A DNA stretch of 63,886 bases, the filler included, from Craspedostauros australis (lineage: Eukaryota), in the NCBI GenBank assembly GCA_030167865.1. It is 10 parts of 10 records of this genome, joined end to end, with 100 filler letters (N's around TTAATTAATTAA, not from the genome) between each part and the next. Parts side by side here need not be neighbours in the genome. Positions count along the whole stretch, not along the records: positions 19,912 to 42,404 come from JALAGF010001115.1; positions 42,505 to 43,747 come from JALAGF010001120.1; positions 43,848 to 45,658 come from JALAGF010001121.1; positions 45,759 to 52,507 come from JALAGF010001122.1; 6 more parts are not named here. One strand, 5' to 3'. Below the pieces are notes generated by a model that searched no databases, had not been told where the DNA came from, and saw only the letters and a list, made by a program, of their open reading frames with translations. The position numbers and the translations under genes are program-made. Position 1 is the stretch's first letter, and each line of letters starts with the position of its first letter. Shown here one piece after another: positions 36,076 through 49,761 of the stretch.

Positions 36076-37195
36076 TCTCTTGTGGAATGGGTTGTGTTTG
36101 TTCGCATGGTGACGATCTTGTCACCTTTTGTGCGTTGCGTGATGGATTCGGTCATTCTCGTCTTGTGGCCTTTTGAGTCAGGGACAACCACAGCTGCAAT
36201 GAGTCTTGTTGATGAAATGACCCAGGTTAATTGTGAGAAAGGAGCTATCTCAGTCCTAATATGAATGAGGGACATTTGCGTGATGAATTTCGGCGTCAGG
36301 ACAGAAAATCCAAAAACAGCCGCAAGAAGCGACACGCGCACGAGTAGTTGGTCAGAATTGGGGAGGGAGTGTGATCGTAACATCGCGCAACCAGCGTGGT
36401 GGAGCGACGATGATAACAGCCCTCGAAACGGCGCAGATCGCACTCGCACGAGCTGGATGCAGCGAAGAAACGCAGAACAGCACACGCGGCAGCAAGAAAG
36501 GGGGAAAGAGAGGCATGTCTGCGCGCTGGATACGGCTCTCAGGGCAAGCGGCGAAACCAGCAAGAGCAACATCAATTGCAAACGCAGCAGAAGCAACAGT
36601 AGCGGCCATTTGACGAGTACCTCCAGCAAACTCATCACCAACATCGCCATTGTCAGAAGCATAAGAGGCCGTGCCAGTCTCAGAGTGTTACCACCAGTTC
36701 TACAAGGAAGCAAGAAGCTAGAGCTTGACAACAGCGTCACAAGAGCTCCACAACAGCTTGGCAAGAGGACGTGACACCCAAGGAAACAAGCAAAGCCAAA
36801 GCAGAACAAAAGGAGCACAGCACCTGTGTTCGACCATCCTCTTCCACCGAACCAAAAAGGAGATCTTTTCCGTGGCACTGCTCGCATCAGTATCAGCAAC
36901 AACTGCGTCCAAATCATCAGAGAACAAAGACGGAAGACTATCTGTCACCTGCAAGGGAACTGCCGGCACAACAAATCTCGCAGATCGGCCTGCTCATCCA
37001 CCCTCTCATTCACCCTCTCATTCGCGGACCATCGCAGGCACAAGCACAGCGTGCCACTCTGGAGCGGTACCACTCAATATATTACGACCTGCTCCACATA
37101 GATCGCACCATTGGAAGTACAATTGCACTACGGATAGAATAGAGCAGAAGCCCCCGCTGCACAACGCTCACAAATCAGCATAGAACCAATAGCAA

Positions 37196-37292
37196 AAGCA
37201 CAAGCACAAGCACGAGTGTAAACACAAGCACGAGTGCAAGCACAAGCACGAGTGCAAGCACAAGCACGAGTGCAAGCACAAGCGAAACACAA
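37196..37292. repeat. Minisatellite, 18-bp unit AAGCACAAGCACGAGTGC, in the kinase 5' leader
   Basis: About four to five units directly visible. Confidence 0.88.
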
Positions 37293-37334
37293 GTGAAACA
37301 CCAACAGAAGCTCGACCGAAACACTGACGCTGAG

Positions 37335-40300
37335 ATGACCCGCGATCAGCAGCCATCGTCGGGGGCGGCCCGTCGCAACAGGAACCGCCAGAATGGCAAC
37401 GGTGGAGGACGCAGCAACGGCCGCAACAATGGCAACAACGAGGATTACTACGATGATGCGCAGAGCGTCCGTTCGCGATCGACCCGCCCCAACGTGATGG
37501 ACGACGATGACTTCTCCGTGGCGCCGTCCATGGAGCAGGATGTCAGGGCGGTCCGCTCCGTCAAATTCGACGATGTGTACAAACGAGGACGGAAGGTGCG
37601 TCGTATACCTGCATATCCGTGTCCATGTGCATGTTGGACATGCGCATGTTGAACATGTACGATTCCGTGGCATGTTGCAATGATCTCGACAGTGCTGGGA
37701 ATGACTGACAATGCATGGCACAGCATCGTCGAATCTACAGCGTGGGTTCTGTGCCGTCCATGAAACGCATCAGCATTCCGATGCAAGCCTTCTTCGGAAT
37801 CTGAATCCGCTGCTTGATTGCCCGCCGTTGAGTTGTCGTGCAACTTGCATCTCATTTGTTGGCGCATCCTTACCGTGACGGTGCTGCATCGACCTCCCAT
37901 GACCACATCACAAGCTTACCACCTGCCACTTGCCTCATTTGTATTCGTATCCGTATCCGTATCCGTATTCGTGTTGGGGATTGAATACGATGACGGCCGA
38001 TCGAACGCCGTCACCATCAACAACCGCAACAAACGACGACAAACAATGACAACAACCCGTCACCGTTCCCAGCTTGGATTGGGTGCATTCGCAGTTGTGT
38101 TCATCGGAACGCATCGGCCCACAAACTCAGAGTACGCGGTGAAGCAGATCGACCGCTCCACGATGTACTGGAATGATCGCGATGCCTTGCAGGATGAGAT
38201 TGCCAATCTCAAGCTCACCAGAGAGGGACCCAACATCGTGCAGCTCTACGAAGTGTACGAAGAGAAGGCGTTTTGCTACCTCGTCATGGAACTCATGGAG
38301 GGCGGCGAGCTCATGGAGTACATCGTCGAGAAGAAGGCTTTCACAGAGCGCGAGGCCCGCGACTGCTCGCGCTGCGTCCTCAGCGCTCTCAAGTACATGC
38401 ACGAAAAGCACGTGGCGCATCGTGACATCAAACCAGAAAATCTTCTGTTGTCGGAGCAGAACAACCTCAGCAGCATCAAGCTGGCTGATTTCAGTTTCGC
38501 AAAGTTCGTCAGCGAGCGCAACGGATGCCGAACACTCTGCGGAACCCCAGGATACCTCGCGCCGGAGATGCTGGAAGATTTCCCAGCCTACGATGTCAAA
38601 TGCGACGTCTGGTCCGTCGGTTGTCTCCTGTACCTCCTGCTCTGTGGATACCTCCCGTTCGACGATGGTGACGACGACGTGATCTTCGAGCAGACGCGGA
38701 ATGGTCAGTTCGACTTCCCTCAAGAATTCTGGCAAGGCGTCAGCAAGGGTGCGAAGGACTTGATCATCAAAATGCTCACCATCAACGCCAAGAAGCGTAT
38801 CTCGGCATCCGTGGCCTTGCGCTCCAACTGGGTGCAGCACGGTGACAAGGTATCGGAAGAACGCCAAGTCAGACAGAAGAAGCTTAAACTCATCATCGAA
38901 GCCAAGACCAAGATGAAGAGGGCCATCACGACGGTGCGTACAATAGCAGCGACACTATTTCCTGCAATCGCACCCTGGTTTGGCTCTGATTTGTACGGCA
39001 TGCCATGTTCTACGCCATTGCGTAGGAATCGATGCTCCACGTATCTGTCCCCAAACACTCATCTCTCTTTTCTCGCTCTGCCTTGTTGTCTCTCTTTTCT
39101 TTTCCATCCTATCCTATTTGTTCTGTTGATGCAAATGTGTACCTACTTGCCCATCGAACCAACGCTCGGACGCTCCTTCATTTGTGGCGATGCGTGCGCA
39201 GGTGATCACGGCCAATCGAGTCACAGCACTGAACCAAGCCTTCAGCGAGTTCGCAAGCAAGAAAAAGGACGAATCCGTCAGCCAGAAGCTGAAGAAGAAG
39301 GAGAAGGAGCGTTTTGTGGAGGACAGTCTAACTGGAGCTCCCTTCGACGAGTTTTACGAAATCGGTGCAGAGCTCGGCGAGGGTGGTTATGCCTTTGTGT
39401 ACCAGTGCACGCACAAGAGAACCCAAAAGTCGTACGCCGTCAAGGAGGTCATCTTGTCACGCCTGGAGAATGGTGGCGAATCCACGCTGAAGGATGAAAT
39501 CGATGCGCTGAAGATGCTCAGAGGTGGTCCCCACATTGTGCGTCTCTACGATGTCTTCATGGAGGCCGACCACTGCTTCATGGTGATGGAGGAAATGAAG
39601 GGAGGCGATCTCCTCTCGCGTATCGTCGACAAGGAAGTGTATACGGAGCGCGAGGCCAGATCCGTGTGCAAGATCCTCTTCCAGGCCGTGGACTACTGTC
39701 ACCAAAAGCACATCGCGCATCGAGACATCAAACCAGAAAATCTCCTCCTTGTGCACGCCGACGATGACACGAGCATCAAGATTGCTGACTTTGGTTTCGC
39801 AAAGAAGGTCACCGGCGTGAATTCTCTGAGCACACTGTGCGGTACGGCCCAGTACGTCGCTCCCGAAGTTCTGGATTGCCAGGTGGATGGGTACGATCAG
39901 ATGTGCGACATGTGGTCTGTCGGTGTCGTGACCTACATTTTGCTTGGAGGTTACGCGCCGTTCGAAGGACCTCCAGACGAGCTGGCCCAGTTCATCATCC
40001 GTGGAGATTACGAGTTCCATGAAAGGTACTGGAGCGAGATCACGCAAGCCGCCAAGGACATGATCACGGCTATGCTGCAAGTGGATCCAGGCCGACGTCT
40101 CAGTGCCGAAGAGGCCCTCCACTGCGAATGGATGGCGCTGGATGCCGGCGCCTTGGCCGCCACCGACCTGAGAGGAACCAGAGACCAGATGCGCGACTCG
40201 ATTGCCGATCCGGAGGCCGCCAAGAAGACGAAGAACGCCATCATCGCCACCAACAAGTTCTTCTCGCTCGGCGCAATGACGAGCGGACTGCTGGTTGGCA

Positions 40301-41558
40301 ACAGACAAAGCAGCACCGGGCACGAAGAGCCAGAATTCGACTTTGAGGATCTGTACGACTGGGGCAAGCAAATTGGCATCGGCACATTCTCCGTTATTCA
40401 CAGATCCGTCCATCGAGAAACCAACGAAGTGTCCGCCGTCAAGCGTGTGGCGCGTGTCGATCTGTGGGAAGAGGACGCCATGGCGCTTCAGAACGAAATC
40501 TCCTCTCTGCGTTTGGTCGCAGATTGCGAATACGTCGTGAGACTGCACGAGGTGTTCGAGGAACCTGACTTCACCTACATGGTGCTCGAAGAACTGATGG
40601 GCGGATACCTGATCGACAAGATCATCGAGAAGGAGCATTACGACGAAGACGAAGGACGAGAAGTGTGCTTCCGTCTCATTTCAGGATTGGCACACTGTCA
40701 TAAGAAACGGATTGCGATCCGTGACTTGAAGCCGGAGAACATCCTGTTGGTAAGTGGATGAATGCTTGTGCAGTGTGTGATGCTGAATGCATGTATGCCT
40801 CTGTTCGGTCTGCGTGGAATGCATGCGCAAACCAAACGGGTTGAGTTGATTGCTCCTTGTCGCGCACTCTGCCGTGCATTGCCATGCATTGGACGACCGG
40901 AGCCATATGAATGGCTGTTGATGAATAGCATTCCATTTCACACTGTGTGGCTAACACTGTGGCCCTTCCCTCCATCCATCTTCCTTTTTTCCTTGCTTTC
41001 TGGATTTGCACGCATGTTTATTTCCAACCATTGCTGGGATGTATCATCGGCACGGATTCTCCTGCGTCGATGCCCACAAAACGTATCGAAATGTATCGAA
41101 ACGAAACGAAACGGAATGAGCAGATGAAGAACAGCTACATAGACGTCAAGATCAGCGATTTCGGGTACGCCAAGAAGGTGCACAATCCAAATACGCTGAC
41201 CACGGTCTGTGGTACCGAAGGTTTCGTCGCGCCAGAAATCATCGAGCACAGTCCGGAGTACGACATCGAGTGCGATATGTGGAGTTTGGGAGTTGTCATT
41301 TTCATCATCCTCGGTGGCTACAGACCGTTCCGTGGAGAAGGCGAGGCCTGTTTGGAGAATATCCGATACGGAAAGTATAAGTTCCACAAGAGGTACTGGT
41401 CGGATGTTTCGGAGGAGGCCAAGGACTTGATCCGCAATATGCTTGTCGTCGACCCTGCCAGCCGAATCAAGGCAGAGGAGGCGTTGCAGGCACCATGGAT
41501 CACGATGTCAGAGTCCGAAGAGGAGTACCAAGCACCACCGAGAAATCGAAGGCGTTAA
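37335..41558 (+). CDS. CaMK-group Ser/Thr kinase with three tandem kinase domains; exons 37335-37595, 38073-38933, 39202-40749, 41124-41558 (1034 aa)
   Basis: Three motif sets: LGLGAFA/AVK/HRDIKPEN/DFS/APE, LGEGGYA/AVK/HRDIKPEN/DFG/APE and IGIGTFS/AVK/IRDLKPEN/DFG/APE. Three phase-0 GT-AG introns join them. Confidence 0.9.
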
Positions 41559-41930
41559 TCCGCTGGGAGCTGGCATTGCCCGCAGCGTGCGCAGCTGAAA
41601 CTACCGGGTAGCATGTTGACGGCTTCGTGGAACATGGGCGAGGCAGTCATGCCCCCTCATTCCTTCGACGCGCTGCAAATGCGTAGCTTGTCGGAGATGC
41701 CGAAACGCCCAGGAAGCGACCTCGATTTTTCACACTTCCAAGTTCTGAACGAAACATATCAGTGCTTTGCTCTAGTATATACTCGTATTATACTAAGTAG
41801 TACTCTGCTCCTTGTTTGTCTCCCAGCCGTGTCGCTGCAGTGTGGTACAAAGGGGGGAATGGGACGTATGCTTGCTAGTCGAAGCGATGAGCCCAACGCT
41901 GTTGTGTTGTTTGTCGATCGCGGGGATTGT

Positions 41931-42157
41931 GAGCCCGATCAGTGAGTCACCTGCACTTTGTTATGGGACTCGACACCTATTTTCTTGGATGTCCAAACCA
42001 ATCACATATTCGTAATCCTCATAGTATATTTACAAATGTTGGTACAAATTTCTTTTCAGTTAGGAGCCCCCCGAGTGAGTCGACCTGCACTTTGTCCTGG
42101 GACTCAACACCTTTTTTCTCAGATATCCAAACCAACCACATATTCATAATCCCCATA
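41931..42157. repeat. Diverged direct repeat (about 93 bp, at 41931-42023 and 42064-42157) in an AT-richer contig end
   Basis: Shared GTGAGTC(G)ACCTGCACTTTGT...GGGACTC.ACACCT...TCCAAACCAA.CACATATTC.TAATCC.CATA. Confidence 0.85.
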
Positions 42158-42601
42158 TTCTAAAACCAAATAATGATTCAAATTACTTTCCGGTTAGACC
42201 TTATTTTAAGTTTTATGAGCCCATCAAGGCATTTTTGAGTCGTATGGGTCGAACCCCATGAAACTCCTACTTGTTTCTCAGAAGGTTCTGTGATGTTCTT
42301 GATTATTTATCGGATGGTACTCAGTCACGAAGACGGTGTCGAAGATGTCGTTCGGTTGGTACGCGTTAAATACACGTTAGCATGTGGCGCATGATCTCAC
42401 ATTTNNNNNNNNNNNNNNNNNNNNNNNNNNNNNNNNNNNNNNNNNNNNTTAATTAATTAANNNNNNNNNNNNNNNNNNNNNNNNNNNNNNNNNNNNNNNN
42501 NNNNCAATCAATCAATCAATCAATCAATCAATGCATGAACAACACAGTTCGACCCCAACTGCGCCACAAACCCATACCAAGAGCCAACCACACCCGTCAA
42601 G

Positions 42602-43454
42602 GCAGGAGTCATCGCTGGATTCACCATCGGCAGCGTCCTCTTCTTCCTCATCGCAGTCGCCATCGCAGTCTACATCTACAACAAACAACAGGCAAAGAGA
42701 TACCGCACCGCATTCGCCGCACGTGTTGCACAGACCATGAGCATCCACGTACCGGCCAGACGCATGGATGCCGCAGCATTGGCCCGCGAGTTCCAGAAGA
42801 TCGACGCCCAATCCACGGCCGACAAGAGTGGTCGACGTGCAAGCTCCGTTGGCAACATCACGAAGGAGGGAATGTGGGAGTTCTTGAGCTCTGGAAAGGC
42901 GGTCGAGATGAACCGTCATGACTTCGAAGCGTTGTGGGCGGTGATGGATGCCGATGGCAGCGGATATGTTGACTTCCTTGAGTTCTGTGCTTTCATGGGT
43001 CAGGTGAGTGTGCTTCCTGTTCTGTGGGGTGGCGTCGTGTGTTTCACTTGGTATGTGTGGGTGGTTTGCGTGGATAGTATGCGCAGCTGCCATGATGGTG
43101 CGCGTGCATGGTGTATCTATGTTGCCAACCATCCATTCATTCATTCNTTCATTCCTTCNTTCATTCGTCACGCTATCGTACTCGCATCTGACCTGATGTC
43201 TTTGTTCCGAAACCATCCATCCCTTTCCGCNACGATCTTTGGTTGCTTCTTCGACTGCGCAGTGCCATGAGGAATANGACNATGCTCGCGACAATCGCAC
43301 GTTGATGGCGGAGCGNTTGTCCCGTCGCTTCTCCATGCGCCTGTCGCAGATCGAGGAAGACGCNGCAGGCCAAGCTGCCGATGCTGCAGCGACAGCCGAT
43401 CCTGAGAATCCTGGAGGAGAAGAGGAGGAAGACGATGTGCCAAGTAGTACTTAA
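42602..43454 (+). CDS. 3' part of a single-pass membrane protein with cytosolic EF-hands; exons 42602-43003 and 43263-43454
   Basis: TM AGVIAGFTIGSVLFFLIAVAIAVYIY, then EFQKID...GNITKEGM and MDADGSGYVDFLEF. Intron GTGAG...CAG rejoins MGQ|CHEE. Confidence 0.8.
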
Positions 43455-43847
43455 TCGCCAGCTGAGGAGCGCGCCATCGTGGGTCAACTGGAGATGCCAC
43501 CGCTCGCCAGTTTGGCAATGATCAAGTTTGGAGTCGGTGAAGAGAACACCGGCTGGTTGCAAGGAGTGATGGCAAGATGTCGTGTCATGGCCGCACCTTG
43601 GACAAAAGTGCAGGCGCAGCTGAATGCGCTCACATTCCGCAATGTGAAGTTCTTGGAATACAATAATGGAATAGACTAGTCAAGTCGAGGCATTGAATCT
43701 GCACCATTATACTATACTACAACTATGCAACACCATGTCTTCGATGTNNNNNNNNNNNNNNNNNNNNNNNNNNNNNNNNNNNNNNNNNNNNTTAATTAAT
43801 TAANNNNNNNNNNNNNNNNNNNNNNNNNNNNNNNNNNNNNNNNNNNN

Positions 43848-45658
43848 GTACACATTGCGAGCCACGTCGAGTGCGCTCCGCACGCCAATCTCATGCATCA
43901 TGTAGTGCAACCCGTGTGGGTGCACTCATCTGCACAGTCGACTCTCGAATTCGTCGATCGCTTCGTAGCAGATCATCGAAAGCTCGACGCGCACATTGGT
44001 GGCAGACGCCATGCTGCTCAACGAGTATCGAGCCAAGAGGCAGATCGGACCTGCATTCATGTGCAGTCCTCTGCGCTCCTCATCACTCGTTTCGCCTTCA
44101 TTGTAGTTGGCGTTGCCGTCTTCCTCTTCATTCTCGGATGAAAAGGGTTGTCTGTTGATCCACTCCATCGTGATCGTTCGTAGACCCGTAGTAGCTATAC
44201 ACTCCTGGAGTGTACTCAGCTATCTCCTCCCTGGTCCACTCGTAGTCATTGACTGGTGTTCCGCTGTCGAAGTCGGAAACCTCAGCATTGTTGATTGTTA
44301 CAAGTGCCATGTTGTTCGTGATCGCGTTGTCGTCGCGCATCATCGTGTAGTTTCACATGGTCACATTTTGGTCGTTGTTCGCGATTTCGGTGATGGCCAC
44401 GAATTTCGTGTTGGTCACAATTTTGATGCCGACCACATTTTCGTTGATGGGCATGGGCATCGGCTCGTCGGTTGTGATGAGAGCGATGTCATCCATCCCG
44501 TCCATCCCGTCCATCCCGTCTGTCGCGACCTTGGCCGACCAAGCTTCCTTCATCTTGCTGTCGTGGGCATCGCGGTTAGGACGTCTGCTCCTGAACCGAC
44601 CGATCCGTTGTCAGTGTCATCTATCTATCTCACTCTCTCACTGCCATTGCCTCGTGCGCACTTACAACCGTGTTTGATACGGTGGCGGTCGTAGATGAGG
44701 CTCATGGTTCCGTGGATGTCTGAAATCATCGTCTTCTCCGATGGCGAGGACACCTCCTGTTCCTCGTCTTTCGTATTGAGCCTGGGATCGAAGCGCGGAA
44801 GGACCTCCCGTCCAGCCTGTTCCAGCGCTTTCCCTTCTCGTCGAAGCACACACTTCCTGTGTTGCTGTTCTCGTTGTTGTCGCCAATTCATGGCTGGCAG
44901 ATTGCACTCTTACCTTCTCGATCATCTCACAGTAGGAATCGCAGCCAGCACTCGAGCCTGTATCACACGATGATAATCAATGCCATGTGATCATCTCGAT
45001 GCTTTCCGTTGCTGCTCCATGCCCATTCCTGCGTAGATCTTGATCTCTCTTCACCTTATCATCCCTGCCTGCATGCTCGTGCTCGATTGCGTCGCGCGCC
45101 ATGCGCACAGACGTTTAGCATCGGCGATCTGTGTTGCTCCTCGTCCATCTCGGCTTCTATATTGACCGAGTGGTTGCGAGGCAGCTCCATTCTTGCAGGG
45201 TAGGTAGGAAGCTCTCATTGCTTCCTCAATTGCATCTCATTGAGCTCCATCAGCTGTCTCGCCCTTATGGCACAGTCTGCTGAATCCGATGCATCCGAGA
45301 GCGTGGCCTGCTGTGTCCGAATCTCTTCTCTTGCGTACAGCTCGCTCTCGTACTCCAACACAGCCATGAAGGTCTCCATGCCTTCCTTGACTTCATGGTC
45401 CCATGACCATGGACAGTTCTTCCAATGCGCGTGTTCCGAGCGCCTCCTTGCTTCAGCAATACGTGTAGTGTCTGTACTTGCCTCAGCTGCGGTCTCCACT
45501 CTGCTGGTGGACTCGCGGTGGTGCTCGATTCGATCATCATCATCGTCTTGATATCGTTGTTCGTGTGGGGGTTACCATGCCGATCTTGGCGTTCATTGGC
45601 AAGGAGCATCATGCTCCAGAGCGGCTTGCTCTCCTCTCTCTTCACACAGGGGACCATT
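43848..45658 (-). pseudogene. Decayed coding-like sequence, possibly a transposon relic (family not recognised)
   Basis: Successive short protein-like minus-strand ORFs (45499-45215, 44553-44353, 44343-44128, 44168-43926) separated by stops or frame changes. Confidence 0.3.
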
Positions 45659-48600
45659 NNNNNNNNNNNNNNNNNNNNNNNNNNNNNNNNNNNNNNNNNN
45701 NNTTAATTAATTAANNNNNNNNNNNNNNNNNNNNNNNNNNNNNNNNNNNNNNNNNNNNATTCGTGTCCTCCGCAATGGGGGAGCGGAGAGTGATGGTACT
45801 GATGATGAGTACAGTCATATGTCCATGATGGACCTGTACAAGGTTGTTGATGAGGACAAGGGTACAGTAGAAGGGGATTCATACATGGATCGGGTGACAT
45901 TGGTGGACTTCGTCCGCTCTATGACTACCAAATCATCCAAAATGATTGAGACGGACGGTGCTGCTGGAGAAGAGGAGTGAAGCGCCACACCAGACCATGC
46001 CATACCAGAAGTTTTCAAGAATTGGACGCACGACGGAATTGAGTTGATGGATAAAAATAGTCGTCAGAATAGTCATTAGGATAGAATCTGTGAAAGGAGC
46101 TGGAGCAACTTGAGATCCAATCATTGAATGGTGCGTCCGGCATGCCTTCACCGTCGCCTTTGGTGATCCATGCGGCATGCTGCTCTATCCACTCCCGTAT
46201 CGTTCGCAGCACGGTCTGGCTAAACCGCGAGATACGCATGATCTTCTGTGCATGAATTGCAGATGATCCCGGTTGGCGTACGGCACGTTGCTGTGCAGCA
46301 TCATTGGTCAATGTGACATGAAGAAGACAGTCCAGCCACTGCTGTTGTCATGGTGGTCGTCGATGCTGATCCTATGGTTTCCGCGTCCGTTGGTGTCGAT
46401 GATGTGGAAGGAGTTGTGTGAGAAACGATGGCGGACCTCGCAGGCATCATGCACGCTTTGTAGGACTCAAATCCAACTTGATGAAGTGAAGCGTATTGTG
46501 ACAGTTAGCTTCTTGTTGTTGGTGCTGCTGCTGCAGTTCATGCATGATGTCGCGCAGTGCACAAGCGCATTCCAGCTGCTGCATGGTTTTCGATATGGCC
46601 AACAAAGATGACGAGCAATGGGAGAAGTTTCCGACGTAATTGCACACAATTTCTTTCATTTGTCGATCTGAAAAGACAGTGCCTCTGTCTCATCGTTTGC
46701 GGTTTGTGGTGGCGACGTATCGCTTCGAGCATTGGTATGAACAGGCGTGGCTGGTTATGGTGTGTGTAGTGGGGACTGAGGAACATCTCCGAACTGATGG
46801 CTCTGTTGGTCTCGGGAAAAGTCGCTGCGTCCAATCTCACAGATGCATCCGTCCAAAATGTGCTGAATCTCCGTTTCAGACAGTGCATTGGACGTTTATG
46901 TGCGTGCGCGCGGCTGCTGATGACTTGAATCCAGACCGCACCATGGGCCATGACATGTCTTGCCGTTGTCGTTCGCACTGTCGTTCGCACTGTTGTTGGC
47001 GCTGCCATTTCCCATGCCCCAAGATCTTCTCTAATCCGGAGCAGTTTGTGTGATATCTTCCTTTCTGATGTCGCTGAGTGATGCGACAAGTTTGAGATCG
47101 CTGTTCATCACTGCTCGTCATTCATCATCGGCATCATCGTCTCTTGCCATGGTCGCCTTCGTTGATTCTGGTTGGCGTGCCATATTTGCGCAGCCGCCGC
47201 TTGCTTGATTACTTCATTACTTCATTGGAGGATGTCTCAGTGTTGGCTGATACCTCCATCAATGCAAACATAGTCATGCCATTTCATCACTCTTGCTCTC
47301 TCTCTCTCTTGTTGTGTTGATGTTGTTGGATGGATCATTGTGCAAAATCGAAGATTCGTTGTTTCGGGTGCTGTCGAGAATTTTTGGCGCGTTTGGTGGG
47401 CACTCGTCTGTTTGCCGTCCGTAGTTCAATCAACTGATGACACACACACGCACTCACGACCAACATCACCAATGCGTTATCTTCGTGCAACGCAACTCTG
47501 TTCGACGATGGCGATGGCGATGGCGACCCCTCCAATGACGCCGCATCCCTTCACATTGGTACCACCACCACCAACACAAACAATCAGACAAACAATCAGA
47601 CAAGCAATCAGACAAACAATCAGACAAGATGATGAGTCGTCGACATCCAAGAGGAACTGTGGGAAGGCCCGCCAGTTGCTCCGCACCTTGACCCACCCAT
47701 CGTACGACTATGAGTATGGAACCTTCCATGAGCACGATCTACTCTGGGAGATGCCACAGCAAAGCGTCCAGCCTGGTGCTCTGTTCGAACCTTCGTGCGG
47801 CCATGACGATTGAAGTTGCTGGAAGAGGACGGTATCAGACCGCAGAGTCCGTACGCTGCCGTGGAAGGCACACATCCACGCACATGCACACACGTGCACA
47901 CACATCGTCAGCATGCCATAATCAGAATACCGGCAGAACACAGCAGTCGCAAACCCGGCATCGCTCAGTGCAGCGACAGACTTTGAGGATCGCAACATCC
48001 TGCGCGTGAGCATCAAGGTTGCGAAGTTGCTGAAACAAGTGTTGCCGATGACATACGACGCCGCATTTCGCAGCATATATTGCATCGACCAACTGCAACA
48101 ACGGGTCCGGCGTGAATCAAGCCAGTGCCACTGAATCCCTCATGTATCAAAGCCCAACTGCCACAGACGAAGCTGGCGCCAGCGCCGATGGCAGGGTGGG
48201 AATCCAGTGGTGGAATGAAGAAGAACCCGATGCGGGAAGTGCGCCAAAGGCGCCTTGAGGTATAATACGTACGGCCTAGTCGTATGGTGGTTGGCAGAGG
48301 AGACCGAGACGTTCCCGTGAGGCTTGCTTCTGCATCCCACGAACAACGCGTGGTCAATCGCAATGCTGTGCTCACAAACCGCACGATGAATGAGAGTACT
48401 GCACGCGTACCAGCGTGGTGTTCACTGATCCTGTTAGAGCACACAAGTGTGATAGAGCAGTATTGTATTGTATTGTATGATACTATGCCATGCTACGCTA
48501 TCCTGTGCTACATAGTACGATACTATGCCACCTTCTGTTGCAGAGCATACTTATACATATTGCAGATCGCATGGTGTCCGTAAACAGTGTATCTCGTGAC

Positions 48601-49009
48601 CTCTCCCCAATCGCCGTGGCGCCGTGTATTTGTGTTGCTTCCTTTTTCGGTGCGGGTTTGTGTCCGTTCATCCATTCTGTGCGATCTCATGACGGAAATT
48701 TTGGATGCTTGCGAAGATTGCTGACCTTCGTCAGCAAATCGGAGACAGAGGCTTCGCTCTCTCTCTCTCTCTGACGAGAGGAATGAACTGGGGTGCGAGT
48801 TCCACGTGCATCAGAGAGTGGTTCCACTAGAGCAGTTCATTTCTTTCTGCAGGATCAAAGAAAAATGAAACTTCTCTGTGTGGTACTCCCTGCCAACAGA
48901 GAGAGAGTCATTCGTCGCGCGTCGATCGTCGAGGAGAGATGCGTGACTGTACGAGAACAATTTGGCGCCGTCAAGCGTTGGTAAAATTGTGCGTTGGTGC
49001 AAAAGGAGG

Positions 49010-49082
49010 TGCTTTGACCGTGAATCGAACACGGGGCCTCAAGATCTTCAGTCTTGCGCTCTCCCAACTGAGCTATCAAAGC
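49010..49082 (-). tRNA. tRNA-Phe (GAA)
   Basis: Reverse complement of GCTTTGATAGCTCAGTTGGGAGAGCGCAAGACTGAAGATCTTGAGGCCCCGTGTTCGATTCACGGTCAAAGCA; full cloverleaf, followed by a T4 run. Confidence 0.97.
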
Positions 49083-49688
49083 GGTGGGTGCTTTGTTGCG
49101 GTTACCGTAGTCAAACTGGGTGTCTGAACCCTTCGAAACAAGTGTTTCCGTCTCAACATTCACCTTGCCGTGTGTGTTTATCTGCATTGTTCCATCGCGA
49201 CACGAGATCACATGGTGTTTTTACTTTGCCGCAGCATGACTTCGTGCTGCGCATTTCTAATCTTCCTCTGACGACATCGGTTGATTTCACATCGTCATCT
49301 CGCTGCTTTCCATACAATCGCACATGTAATTGCGCCCCTTGCTTCTTGGGAGACTATGCCTCGTTGTCACTGGCATTGATTAATCTTGAGTCGGCGAACT
49401 GCTTCGCACGATATCCTGGAGGCAACAAAGTCCCGCACTGCATCGTGTCTGTGCTACGTATGCGTTCGCCACGGCACAAGCAATTGCAGGTGTGACATGC
49501 ACATGTAATTCATGGTGCAATGTTTAATGTGGCTCTGATTGCGGAGAGTAGTAAGAAGCAACAAACGAGCCACAAAGATGAGACATGGCAGAGCGCAGCA
49601 CAACAAGTTGGAAATGGAACAGCCGAAACCATTTTGGAAAGTAAAAATAAATTCAGTCTATCGGCAAAATCTCATCAAAGCGCGCAAC

Positions 49689-49761
49689 GCTTTGATAGCT
49701 CAGTTGGGAGAGCGCAAGACTGAAGATCTTGAGGCCCCGTGTTCGATTCACGGTCAAAGCA
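49689..49761 (+). tRNA. tRNA-Phe (GAA)
   Basis: Identical 73-nt sequence; acceptor stem GCTTTGA/TCAAAGC, anticodon loop CTGAAGA, T loop TTCGATT, T5 terminator. Confidence 0.97.

Noticed and set aside
45759..48444. Fragmentary ORFs on contig 5 before the tRNA cluster
   Set aside because: Possibly decayed genes or TEs, but no recognisable motif or consistent exon structure.
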